The position numbers were made by a program, and so were the translations under genes. The notes below the pieces were generated by a model. It searched no databases. It saw only the letters and a program-made list of their open reading frames with translations, and had not been told where the DNA came from. 64,000 nt of DNA from Antedon mediterranea (lineage: Eukaryota; Animalia; Echinodermata), in the NCBI RefSeq assembly GCF_964355755.1, contig NC_092670.1, positions 14,618,795 to 14,682,794 on the forward strand, given 5' to 3'. Of the stretch, positions 49,465 through 61,295 are shown in pieces (the stretch's first letter is position 1; each line of letters begins with the position of its first letter).

Positions 49465-52163
49465 CTATTTCCATATATTATTTTGTTTATACATACATTA
49501 TCATTTAACCACATTGATTACATAGTTTCCTCTTTTTATACATATCTATAACACATTTTCATTAACAAAGCTTATTTTTTTCTTACATAGTTTTGTTTTT
49601 TTTTTCATCTACATGCATATTTATTTCATACAATTATAATACGTTTATGTTTAATAAATCCATCCCATGGGTTTGTCCCATTTTATTTTTCTTTGGATTT
49701 ATCTATGCAAACATATTTTCATTTAAACAATGCTTATTCTCTGTTATACTAATTACTTACTAACTTTTTACTGTTAAACATTATATTTTCCGATTTCTGT
49801 TTTCTTGACTTACTTTTCAACTCGAAATTACGTTATACGAGCACGTCGAAAGTGACAGGCTACGCACGTGTAAATTTAAAAAAAAAAAATGTTTTTAAAC
49901 ATTTCAACATTTTTAAACATGTTCAGTAATTTCGGTCAGTATAGTTCACTATGTCGGTCGGTCGGTCTCTCTGTCGGTCGGTCGGTCTCTCTGTCTGTCT
50001 GTCTGTCGGTCTGTCTGTCGGTCCGGTATCACTATGCATTGTAGCACGCGACTTAATGGCTGTTGGCCTTGTTAAAATTCATTTTACTTTACACTATTTA
50101 TATAATTGTATCAAACATAAATAAAAGCCCACACCACTATTCATTTCTAAATTTAAAACAATGTTGAACAATTTTTTTTTATAGATGTTATTTCATTTCA
50201 TCAGAAAGTTTTATTTCAATTACGATCGCATAATTGAATTGCCTGTATTTCAGTTTAGTCAGTCTAAGATTAAATTCCGGCGTACGTTACTTTTTTTTAA
50301 ACTATTTAATAATTGTGTATGTTGTTTTGTGTATTTTACCGGACCAGTAGGTTAATTGGAAGCGCCCATTCGGCTCACATAAGTAATCCATCTTTGTTGA
50401 CAATATCGGAGAATCGACAATCACCGCGTGGTGGCGAATCCCCAATTTTCAGATGGCCATAGATAACTTTTAAACAATTGTTCCATACATTAGAATATTT
50501 ATATATTATCATTCTTAAAAGTTTGGTTATGTTAAATACGAGTGGGATATTGTATCATTGATGCTCGCTGTTTAATATATAGTTGTTACTGTCCCTTTAA
50601 TTGAATTTGAATTAGAAACCAGGACATGGTACACAGTCCCGGTGTACAGTATCATAACTGAATAGGTATCTATTAAAGATGTTAATTAATTTAGGTTAGT
50701 ATAGCAGTTATACAGTATCCTTTAGATTAGCATAATTACGTTACCTTTTTTGCTTGAACAGCTAAATACAATGTTTGTACGCCGTATTGCTATTTTTAAT
50801 GTAGTCTAGATAATGTATTTTTTGGAATCTTTCACAGTTTTACCAATACTATATACTACGATATAACGCATAATAAACTTTAGTAACGTAACTTTATTAT
50901 AAGTGTCTTTTATCTGGCTGCCTAGAATACGCGACCGTTATCAAGGGCAGCACACTCTGCCTGGGTGTAATTATTCGTAATGAATCTAGTATTTTTTGTT
51001 ATTTATAGATGACTATTTTTGTTTAAATGTATTTTCTTTTAGTTTTGTTTAGTTGAGGTGAGGACTCGCCATCTGGTCGCTCTTAATAAAAGGAAAAACA
51101 CCTATATTTCCAGTATAAAATATAAGTTTAGACTTATACATCATTATTACGGTAGGCCTATTCTAAAAATGCCTGGACAGTACAAATTAAACCCGTTATT
51201 GGTTACACTAATTGTAGCTCAAACACTCTTTATAAAATAGACCCTTGAGACAAACGATGTACATTCATTTAATGTTGCGATTACGTTTTTTCCGAACATG
51301 ATCTGGATTATGACTTAACTTTCCCATACTTTGTTAATTACTCATATTAATTTATCATATTTTTCAGAAACCTGCTCAAGTTCATGTAGGAGATGTAGGT
51401 GACAACATTAGACTGTACGTCTAGTTTTTAAAACATAAAGGGAACCGACAATGGAACTAGAAAACAATGATTTGTTAAGCCTTGTTTTAGACGAAATATT
51501 GATAGTATATTCTTAGAAACATTAACAAAATAACGTAAGAGAGGCAAAGATCGTCCACAGATTGTGCAGAATTGTAATATTTTGATAATACGATGTAGTC
51601 ATTAAATTGGTGATTAAACAAGTCACACACTTATGCGTTTAAAGTCATGTGGCCATGGCCTACAGCGACAAGGTAAAGGAAACCTGTTTATGATGTTTTT
51701 AAAACGTTAAAATTAAAGATTATATAACACATGTGTACTGATTTCTAATCAGTAGGTTAATTTGTATAGCGCCATCGTGCGGGTCCTTTTGGACAGATAT
51801 GAGAACGTGATATTAATTGTTTGTTTAGAGGACATAATAATCAACAAAGTTGTTATGTTGAATTTGAGCTACGATACCGGAACCGGTAATGCTTTGTTAT
51901 AGATGTTTTTAGCTTTAGTTATGATACATTTAATATTCGTGACTCCTTCTTGCTTAGGCAGATTGGCATTATTTAGATGGCGAGGTCGTTTAGACTCGCC
52001 GCCTAGAGCATGGAGGGTTGGAGTGGCATGGCCGGAGCAGGTTGTCATGGGTGTCGCTGTTCTGTGGAGCCCACCTTTATGCCCTCAGTTTGTTTGTTTA
52101 CATTGTTTATTTAAATTGTTATTTACTGATTATTATCATTACGTTTACTGATAGCAGAATGAT

Positions 52164-52564
52164 TGTAGAAGTTATGACGTGAACTTTAAGATTACTTTAT
52201 AGTTATTTAGTCTATTTAAGACATGCAAATTTGCATCATGTATCACACAGTTAGCTGCACGTCATGGTGTGTTGTGCACATCTGAGCGGTCGTTCCGCTT
52301 GACGAAGCATAGATTACGTCATGTATGGTTGAGATACGTCATTGTTCTCTTCCTAAGTTTTAATGTTGTATTTACCTCAGTTTGAGGTTGTATTTGCTGA
52401 TTGCTATTACTTGTTTGTTTTCAGTAATTTACGGCTAGAGGCTAGGAGGCTAGAGGCTAGAGATTAGAGGTTAGAGATAAATGAAGAAATAAAGGCTGTA
52501 ATACAGCATAAATGAGCCAGTAAATTCGTCGGTAGCGTTTCATTCTTAAGTACGTGTACTTACA
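52164..52564 (+). repeat. Putative 5' LTR of the BEL element
   Basis: TGT...ACA with AATAAA near the 3' end, 45 bp before the gag ATG. The left edge is unverified without the 3' LTR. Confidence 0.45.
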
Positions 52565-52608
52565 GTAAATTACGGAGGTATTTCAACCAATCCTGAAAGT
52601 GAAGCAAG

Positions 52609-54627
52609 ATGCCCGCTAGCACATCTGATCAAAAGGACAAGCTGAAACACTCCAGAAGAGTAAAAAGGGGAGCATTCACTAGAGCCTTAAATGTATTAAA
52701 AGCAGTGACAGCTGAAGAAAATGAGAAGGAAGTAGTAGAGAATGCTCTTGAAAGACTGCTAAATGCGTCTAATGGAGTAGAACAAGTTCATGATGCACTC
52801 GTTGCAATACTTGACACTGAACCTGAATTAGAAGAAGCAGAAACGTATATTGAAACTGTGTTATTAGAGTTCACACAAGGTCTGCAAATAGGGAAAAAAT
52901 ATTTAGCAGATATCAAGGCAAGGGAGACATCAGTGGTGGATACTACTATCAGCAACAGGGAGGATGATGACCGAAACGTAAGCAGCAATGCAATTGCGAA
53001 ATTCCTAATGAAGAAAGATTTGATCAGCAATGGTTTGATTAAATTTGATGACAGTCCATTAAATTACAGATCATGGATGGGTACGTTTAAGGCAATTGTC
53101 AAAGAGCTATCCTTGAGTGCACGAGAAGAGTGTGATTTGATGATTAAATGGCTAGGTCCTGAATCGAGGAAAATAGTAATGAGGTTAAGGGCGGTTCATC
53201 TAGACAACCCTGAAAATGGCCTAAAGGACATGTGGAAACGCTTGAATGAAGAGTATGGTGCCCCAGAGTTGATTGAGAGTGTTCTATTAAAGAAATTAGA
53301 AACCTTCCCGAGGATCAAAGATGACCATCAGCTGAAGGAAATGTCAGACCTGTTAAGGGAAATTGAAGTAGCGAAATCAGATAAAAGACTACCAGGATTG
53401 GCCTGCTTTGATACCGCAAGGGGTGTCAATATGGTGACAGAAAAACTATCATACCAACTACAAGACCGGTGGCGTACAACCGGAGCAAGGTATAAAGCCG
53501 ATAAAGATGTGTCGTTCCCGCCATTCAATGTTTTTGTAGAGTTTGTTGCAAAAGAGGCCAAGGTACGTAACGACCCGTCATTTCAGATTACATCTGCATC
53601 AAAAAGCCGTGATAGCCATAAGGGAAATAAATCTGGTGATTCTGCAAGAGCTTATAGTACTCAGTCCAAGCAGAAAAGGTGTTTTTGTTGTGACGGAAAT
53701 CACACAGTGGAAGGATGTGATAAATTTAAGGGTTTAGAATTGAAACAGCGAGAAGAGCTAATAAGAAGGAAAGGATTATGTAGAGGTTGCTTGAAAAAAG
53801 GGCACATATGGAGAGAATGTAAGTGCCGAAGGATTTGTGATATATGTAAAGGCGAGCACCCTACTATCATGCATAGATTTTCAAACAGTACTGCTGAACC
53901 ACCTGTAGTATCTTCAAACAGTGCAGCTGAACCACCTGTAGTATCTTCAAACAGCGCAGATAAACCACCTGTAGTATCTTCAAACAATTTGTGCAGCAAT
54001 ACATGTGACAATGAACAGTGTTGCTCTTCAATAGTGCCTGTGTGGATTGAATATGAGAAACAGGAAAGCATAACATACGCCCTTCTTGATGAGCAGTCAG
54101 ACTCCTGTTTTATCTCAGCAAAACTTGCACAAGAATTAAAAACCAAGGGTGTCCGCATACAACTGGAAATATCAACAGTACTTACAAAGGGATGTGTTAC
54201 TTCGGAGAAGATAAATGGTTTGAAGGTGAGAGGACTTAAAGAAGGGAAAACTATAAGTTTACCAGCAGCCTATACTCGGGATTCCATACCAGTATCAAGA
54301 CACCAGATTCCTACTCCAAACTCAGTGAATGGTTGGCAGCATCTACAGAAAATAAAAAATGACTTAAGTCCACTTCTTGATATTGAAGTTGGTCTAATAA
54401 TAGGCCACAATTGTTCTAGTGCACTGATGCCAAGGGAAGTGGTACAAGGTAATCATGACGAAGATCCGTACGCGATTAAGACCTTATTAGGATGGGGTGT
54501 GGTAGGTGTCATTAAGGCACGGAAGGGAGAACCCACCAACAATGTGAAGCAATTCTCCTTCAAAACAACTACTAAAGAAGTAATAAAGGTGCTGGAAAGA
54601 GATTTCTTGGATGATCGTATAAATTGA
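52609..54627 (+). CDS. BEL gag-protease; ends at an in-frame TGA and is continued by the next ORF
   Basis: 672-aa ORF with the motifs above and an internal 33-bp repeat in 3 copies (SNSxAEPPVVS). Confidence 0.9.
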   Translation: MPASTSDQKDKLKHSRRVKRGAFTRALNVLKAVTAEENEKEVVENALERLLNASNGVEQVHDALVAILDTEPELEEAETYIETVLLEFTQGLQIGKKYLADIKARETSVVDTTISNREDDDRNVSSNAIAKFLMKKDLISNGLIKFDDSPLNYRSWMGTFKAIVKELSLSAREECDLMIKWLGPESRKIVMRLRAVHLDNPENGLKDMWKRLNEEYGAPELIESVLLKKLETFPRIKDDHQLKEMSDLLREIEVAKSDKRLPGLACFDTARGVNMVTEKLSYQLQDRWRTTGARYKADKDVSFPPFNVFVEFVAKEAKVRNDPSFQITSASKSRDSHKGNKSGDSARAYSTQSKQKRCFCCDGNHTVEGCDKFKGLELKQREELIRRKGLCRGCLKKGHIWRECKCRRICDICKGEHPTIMHRFSNSTAEPPVVSSNSAAEPPVVSSNSADKPPVVSSNNLCSNTCDNEQCCSSIVPVWIEYEKQESITYALLDEQSDSCFISAKLAQELKTKGVRIQLEISTVLTKGCVTSEKINGLKVRGLKEGKTISLPAAYTRDSIPVSRHQIPTPNSVNGWQHLQKIKNDLSPLLDIEVGLIIGHNCSSALMPREVVQGNHDEDPYAIKTLLGWGVVGVIKARKGEPTNNVKQFSFKTTTKEVIKVLERDFLDDRIN

Positions 54628-54630
54628 AAA

Positions 54631-56326
54631 ATGATATCAGTCGAGGACACAAAATTCTTGAACGCTATGCAAAAAGGATGTAGAACAGAAAATGGACATA
54701 TCCAACTGCCATTACCATTTAAATTGGAAATTCCCAAGTTGCCTAACAACAAAGTAGCTGTTGGTAAGAGGTTAATTCAGCTGAGACACAAAATGATAAA
54801 ACAGCCATCATTCGCTGCAAAATATAAAGAGTTTATGACTAGTATCATAGACAAAGGTCAGGCAGAAAAGGTACCTACAGAAGAACTTGTGTGTGAGTGT
54901 GAAAACGTATGGTATATTCCACATCATGGAATATTTCACCCTAAAAAAACAGAAAAATTGAGGGTAGTTATGGACTGTGCATCACGCTACCAAGGTATAT
55001 CCCTAAACGATATGTTACTCACTGGTCCAAATTTAACTAACAATCTAGTGGGTGTGATGCTAAGGTTCAGACAAGATCGCATAGCAGTCGTTGGCGATGT
55101 TGAAGGAATGTTCCATCAGGTTTTAGTGGCGCCGGAGCATCGAAACTTTTTGAGGTTCTTGTGGTGGCAACATGGTAATTTAAATGAAGAGCCCACTGAT
55201 TACCGAATGCTCGTTCACGTTTTTGGAGCGGCTTCATCTCCTGGCTGTGCCAACTATGGATTTAAAAAAGTAGCAGATTTGTATGAAAACGAGAATGGGA
55301 CTGATGCTGCTGAATTCGTCCGCAGAGGATTCTACGTGGATGATGGCTTAAAGGCTGTTCCAACGATCGATGCTGCTATCAGTTTGATAAAGAGAACTGT
55401 GGATATGCTTAGCAGAGGCGGCTTTAGGTTGCACAAATTTCTCTCTAATTCTCCAGAGGTATTGAAGTCCTTACCCGCCACGTCAATTGCTTCCAAAGTA
55501 AACCAGTTGGACTTGAGTGATCTTCCTACAGAGCGGACGTTGGGTATATTGTGGAATGCAGCGGAAGATACCTTTACATTTGAAGCCAATTTGAGAAATA
55601 AGCCATCAACTAGAAGAGGTATTCTGTCTACGGTGAGTGCTATATTTGACCCTCTTGGGTTTGTTGGTCCTTACGTTCTGTTGGGTAAACGCATATTGCA
55701 GGAGATTTGTGCTGGTGGTGCTGAATGGGATCATCCGGTTGGTGAAGAAACCCTTAGATCATGGGAAGAATGGAAAAAGCAATTGGTGTACTTGAAAGAC
55801 GTCAGTATTGAAAGATGTTATAAGCCAATAAGCAATAGAAATTCAGAAATTGTATCCACCGAGCTACACCATTTTAGTGATGCGAGCGAGAAAGGATACG
55901 GTCAGTGTTCATACTTACGACTTGTTGATAAAGAAGGTAAAGTGAAGACATCACTCTTAATTAGCAAATGCCGTGTAGCTCCTAAGAGAATGATAACTAT
56001 ACCAAGGTTGGAACTGGCAGCTGCAGTGGTATCGGTTAAGGTTGCATCCATGCTGAAAGAAGAGATAGAGTATCCGAACGTCACTGAGTATTTCTGGACT
56101 GACAGCCAAGTAGTCATTGGATATATTAATAATGAAGCGAAAAGGTTTAACACCTTTGTAGCTAATAGGGTGCAACAAATTCACGATGCGAGCACTAGTG
56201 GTCAGTGGCACTACGTAAGCAGTGAGGATAATCCCGCTGATATTGCATCACGTGGAATGGATGCTGAGAAATTGAGAGATTGCGAGAGGTGGTGGCATGG
56301 ACCAGCTTTCTTAAACCGTGAAAAAT
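54631..56326 (+). CDS. BEL reverse transcriptase-RNase H, interrupted by DIRS
   Basis: Same frame as gag; RT and RNase H motifs present. Confidence 0.92.
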
Positions 56327-56519
56327 TGAAAATTAAACGAGACTTACCTGTAAGTTGAAGTTTAATTGTAATTCTATGAGTCATCAGCCGGGAGTGGAGG
56401 AGTTGTACGAGAGAGAGTACCGCGCATGCGTATGCCAGTCTTTAGAGCAGAATACAGGCTCAGTGAGGAGAGTGGAGGAGTCTGGGTCAGGGCCAACCTA
56501 CGTAAGGGAGGGCGTACAA

Positions 56520-56640
56520 CTCCTCCACTCCCGGCTGATGACTCATAGAATTACAATTAAACTTCAACTTACAGGTAAGTCTCGTTTAATTTTCAATTCT
56601 ATTTCGTCATCAGCCTATGTCGCTACGGAGTAGTACGAGA
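56520..56640. repeat. DIRS internal complementary region (ICR)
   Basis: Reverse complement of 56324-56402 joined to the reverse complement of 61249-61295, i.e. a copy of the circle junction. Confidence 0.92.
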
Positions 56641-56937
56641 CTTTAGAGCACAGTGAGCCAGTATTCGCAAAACGGTGGAAAAACAGATTAATAAACAAAT
56701 TAACAGTCATTCAAGTCGTTTACATTCTTTCAATAGAAAACACTTTATTACCACAAAACTATGTAGTACGATACTTTAGTCTGTAAATAATTAACTGAAA
56801 TCACTGTATTTCCTGTATTATACACTGCTTACAGGAAAAATAACATTCAGGTATAATAACACTGTAAAACATACCTTTGGATAGTAACTATAAGAAACAT
56901 TAACTTTAAACAATGCAAACATGGTTTCAATAACACT

Positions 56938-58134
56938 TCATTTCTCGCTTGAGCATGACTCAAGAACTGCAGTACCATAATTAAAAGTAGGAGGTGCTAT
57001 ACGATTATAATATTTCTGAAAAGTTTCCTCCTTAGCCCAACCAGCTGACTTCATGATGTTGTTTAGGTCAACATTTTTATTTAGAAGATGAGAAGCTGAG
57101 GCTGATCTGGTACTATGGGGCTTATATTGGACTGTATCTATACCTGCATTACACATGAATTTCTTTACCCAGTGGGACACTGTATCCTTTGAAATGGGCT
57201 TATGTGGGGAAATGTAACTTAACAGTAGCTGTGCCTTATCCTGGCGAAAAACACTTGTACGTGAAAGATATTCTGTCAACAAAGACACAATGCATAATTT
57301 TTTGTCAGATGGAAACGCATTGAATTCCAATGGCTTTTGATGTGAGCCAACCCGTGTATGCTTTAATTTTTCAGTTACATAGAAAACAATTTTATGATCA
57401 CTCTTTTCCATATTTGCAATCGAGAGATTTAATATCGTCTGGCACCTTTGACCACTTAAAAGACACAATAAGAACGCCAATCTTTGTGATATTTCTTTCA
57501 GCGATGATTCTTTGATTGATGGTTGCCCTCTGATGTAATCTAGGGCAACATTGACATTCCATGTATAACTGTACCTTGGTAAAGATGGTCTTAATTCAAA
57601 AATACCCTTCATAAAGCGTTTCACAATAGGTAATTGACCAAAAGATGCATACTCTTGACCTACAGCAAAAAGAGAAGACAACATACTTCTAGCAGTATTA
57701 ATAGAACTGTACGATAAACCTGAATTAAACATATCTGATAAAAACTCAAGTGGTAATGTCACATGTGGTGAAATAATGTCACAATTTTTTCTCTCACAAA
57801 ATTCAAACCATCTGTTAGCCATAGTTTGATATTGAACCTTTGTTCCTGCTCGCCACGATGCTAGTATGATCTCTATTGTGCCTGAGGTAAATCCCTTTGA
57901 TAATAAGCTTCTCCTGATACATGACATATGAGCAGTCGTAGTTTCTTGTGTAGAGGATGAATCAATCCCGGTTGTGCTGGCATCAACAGAAGGTCTGGTG
58001 CCGGTTGAATTTGTGTTGCTTCCTTGAGTATCCCCAGCAGCATGGGGTACCACGATTGGGATGGCCAATCTGGTACTACTAGAATTCCCTGCGCCTTGTC
58101 TTGTATTATTTTCTGTATAACCCTGAGAACACAA
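56938..58134 (-). CDS. DIRS tyrosine recombinase
   Basis: SGQR...KLKH...KPHSTRS...AGW...TFQKYY; open 398-aa frame overlapping pol. Confidence 0.93.
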   Translation of the reverse strand: MCSQGYTENNTRQGAGNSSSTRLAIPIVVPHAAGDTQGSNTNSTGTRPSVDASTTGIDSSSTQETTTAHMSCIRRSLLSKGFTSGTIEIILASWRAGTKVQYQTMANRWFEFCERKNCDIISPHVTLPLEFLSDMFNSGLSYSSINTARSMLSSLFAVGQEYASFGQLPIVKRFMKGIFELRPSLPRYSYTWNVNVALDYIRGQPSIKESSLKEISQRLAFLLCLLSGQRCQTILNLSIANMEKSDHKIVFYVTEKLKHTRVGSHQKPLEFNAFPSDKKLCIVSLLTEYLSRTSVFRQDKAQLLLSYISPHKPISKDTVSHWVKKFMCNAGIDTVQYKPHSTRSASASHLLNKNVDLNNIMKSAGWAKEETFQKYYNRIAPPTFNYGTAVLESCSSEK

Positions 58135-59823
58135 TTAAAAGGGGGAAAGCAATAGAATAATATATTTTGCCATGATATTGTAAACGCATCAATATCTGTT
58201 GCATATGGATCTTGCCTGTAAGAGATGTATTTATCAAATTGTTTATTTAGTCTTGATGCAAATAAATCAATTGTGGGTAGAACATTAAGTTTCGTTAGAA
58301 CCTCACATAAGGTTTTAGAATTTAGCATCCATTCTGTATCTATATTCTGTCTTCGAGATTCAAAATCAGCAGTAACATTAAGCACTCCTGGTATGTGGGC
58401 TGCAGTAATCCAAATATTATTACTTTCACAAAATGCCCAAATTGTCCGTGTAATATCATTACAAGGGTCACTGTGACATGTTCCCATATTATTTATAATG
58501 GAAACAGCAGTAGTATTGTCAATCATGAGCTTTACCTGTTTACCTAGAACTTGTTTGGAAAAGGATTTCAGGCCAAAATATGCAGCTAATAGCTCTAAAT
58601 AATTTATATGGTATTTTCTGTCATTTACTGTCCAATGACCACCTGTAGCGGCTTCACCCATTGCTGCCCCCCAACCAGAAAGAGAGGCGTCTGTGTAAAT
58701 AGTTAAATCAATTGCTAAATGTCCAATTACATTAAAACATTGTGGTAGGTTTATCAGCCACCATTGTAGATCCTCAATAGCCGAGGACGACAAGCACATT
58801 TTAGAGTCGAAATTTCCTCTGGCTGTCTTTAAAGCATTAATCTTATCCCTCTCCACTGCCCGATAATGGCATTTACCATATTGTACAGAAGGGAAGCTTG
58901 ACACCATATACCCAATAATCTGTGCTATCTCTCGAATTGTTGGAGTAGATGTTGCCAATATCCTGGTAATACAGTTAGTAAGTCGATCAATTTTTGGACT
59001 TGTCAAAGTAATTTTCATATTACCTGAATTAATGTTAAAACCTAAGAATGTGATACTTTGTGTAGGTATAAAAACTGATTTTTCAGGATGTATGACAAAA
59101 CCTAAATTATCAAACATCTTTATTGTTTCCATAATAGTATCAACGCATCTCTTGTATGTGGATCCTACTAATAGTAAATCATCAATATAGGCACATAAAA
59201 TATGTCCTCTCTTTCTCAGAAAACTAAGTGGTGGTTTTAAAAGTTTGGTGAATGTTCGTGGGCAAAAGGAAAGACCATTTGGATATGCTGTAAATTTATA
59301 AAGTTCTCCCTGATAGTGAAATTTTAGATACTTCTGAGAATTCTTGTGTATTCCCACACTATTAATATGCATCCTTTAAGTCAATAGAGGCCATCCAACA
59401 ATTCTTCGTTATCATACTTAATGCGGTATTGATTGTGTCCATTTTAAAGTGTTTATATTCAATATATTTGTTTAGTGATTATAAATTTAAGATTATGCGT
59501 ACCCTATTATCTTTCTTAGGAACTGAAAAAATTGGAGATACATATTCCCCTGGTTCATATGCACATTTAACCAGTACACGTTTAGTTAACAGTGTCTGTA
59601 TTTCATGTTCTACTAAGTTGATGTGATTCTTTGCAATAAAATTTGATGGACGTGTAATGGTTTGTGGTGGAGGACTTAAAAATTGTATTATTTCACCCTT
59701 CACTGAATTTAGGATTGTATGATCAGAAGTTAGTTCTTGCCATTTTTCTATAAATTTTTTCAATTGGCCACCAACAAAATGTTCTACTCGATAGTCTAAG
59801 TATCGTTTAAGATCATTTAACAC
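57873..59823 (-). pseudogene. DIRS RT-RNase H-methyltransferase-like ORF, frameshifted near 59480 and 59372
   Basis: SPIFSVPKKD, AYIDDLL, TDAS..GWGA, HINYLEL, DNTT, DLFASRLN and YCFPPF motifs. Confidence 0.92.
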
Positions 59824-59846
59824 AGAGTGTGCCTTTACCTGTGAAT

Positions 59847-61050
59847 CTATCGCCGGTAATTCTTGAACATCCTGCCTCTTTTTCCCTGGTACTGTCCGGA
59901 CTGTCCCCTTTGTCCGCTGGCGTGGGGATTTACCTGGTGTTGTTGATAGTTTTGTCGATATGTCTGAGGGTTGTACCCTCTCTGAGGTAAAAAAGGCCTT
60001 CTCTGTGTAGTGTATGGGGCATATCTGCCTACTTGTCCCTGGTTTTTCATAATCCTCCCTTCCAGTTTTGAATCAGTCATAACCTGTTTTAAGTCATTGC
60101 CAAATAGCATTCTTTCAGGTTTGTTTGTTCTTAAACATGCATTTTTGAGGTCTGTGCTTAATAGCGGTCTTAATGTGTCCCTCCTTTTATACGATAACTC
60201 TTTGTTGACAAAACCCAAGAGGGCTACAGAGTCAAACAGGCGGGTAGCTGTTAGCTTATAATCAGGAGCCTTTTTGGATTCTTTCGCCTTAAGCATATCT
60301 TCGATACAAATAGCAATGGCACTTGTGGCCTTTACGACTGAGTCCTGTAGGGCTGCTACACGCAGATCCCTTTGTTTATTAAAAGACTTCAGTCCATTCC
60401 AAATTTGGTCATTTACTTTTGGTACATATACTTCTTTTAGATTTCCCGGTATCTTATATCTCTCAATGATAGCCTTGCGTTTATCTAGACTCAGTGCAGA
60501 TTCAAATTTAGCATTTATTATCTTTGCGATTTTTTCCGATATGTCAGGCCCAACAGTGTTGTCAACACATAGGGACGTATCTATTAGATTAAGGATGGAG
60601 TCTACATTTTCCTCCTCCACCTCTTCAGCCTCTTCAAATTCATCCCCTCCGAATATGCTCAAGGCCTCGTCCTCCGATATGGGGTGATTATTTGAGTTAT
60701 CATTAGAGGTATGTGCTGCATGTGCAGTATTTGATGCTTCCTGTGAAGCTGGAGTGTATGCTTCCTGTGAAGCTAGTGTGTATGCTTCCTGTGTGAAGCT
60801 GGTGTGTTAATTGCTTCATTTGAAGACAATTGAATAGGCTTGGCTCTACTAAGCTCGCCCAACAGTGTATTAGTCTCTGTCATACTACGCTGCATTGCAG
60901 CTAACATAACACATTTACAAGCGATGAGCCCTTCGCTGTTGGCGATAGCGGGGGGTCCGTCTCTTCATCGCCTACTACGGCGGGAAGCGCGCCGGCGGGA
61001 AAACCCTCGCTTGACCTAGGCGTAGTAGAAATGTAATCACTGTTCTCCAT
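59847..61050 (-). pseudogene. DIRS gag-like ORF1; 5' part disrupted around 24-bp repeats at 60735-60810
   Basis: ORF 59847-60662 (PKVN..IW, ELSYKRRD.LRP, LFG.DL); upstream ATG at 61050. Confidence 0.75.
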
Positions 61051-61295
61051 AGAGAAAACAAGAAATAACCTGTTCTAAAAAACGGTCTGTAGTGTCTATA
61101 TACTTATCTGAATTGACCAGTCTAGATGGAAATTCTACAAAAACTTTGAAAAACTGTAGTTTGGAAATTTATTCTTCTATCTGATAAGTGAAAATGACTA
61201 GCAGCATGTACATGAACGGTACAACTGGCATACGCATGCGCGGTACTCTCTCTCGTACTACTCCGTAGCGACATAGGCTGATGACGAAATAGAAT

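Larger units (their letters stand above)
56327..61295 (-). mobile_element. Full-length DIRS1-group tyrosine-recombinase retrotransposon (about 4.97 kb)
   Basis: ITRs at 56405-56439 and 61224-61258; ICR at 56520-56640 complementary to both termini; AAT at both junctions; gag, RT/RH/MT and YR ORFs. Confidence 0.95.

Noticed and set aside
50100-52160. Possible small exons (for example about 51368-51414)
   Set aside because: No consistent frame or recognisable product, so not supportable from the sequence.
56938-58134. Phage integrase or bacterial contamination
   Set aside because: It overlaps the DIRS RT/RH ORF and is bounded by ITRs and ICR, so it is the normal DIRS recombinase.
61278-61292. 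Hammerhead core CTGATGACGAAA at the DIRS terminus
   Set aside because: There is no stem II between CUGAUGA and GAAA and no flanking stems, and it is antisense to the element.
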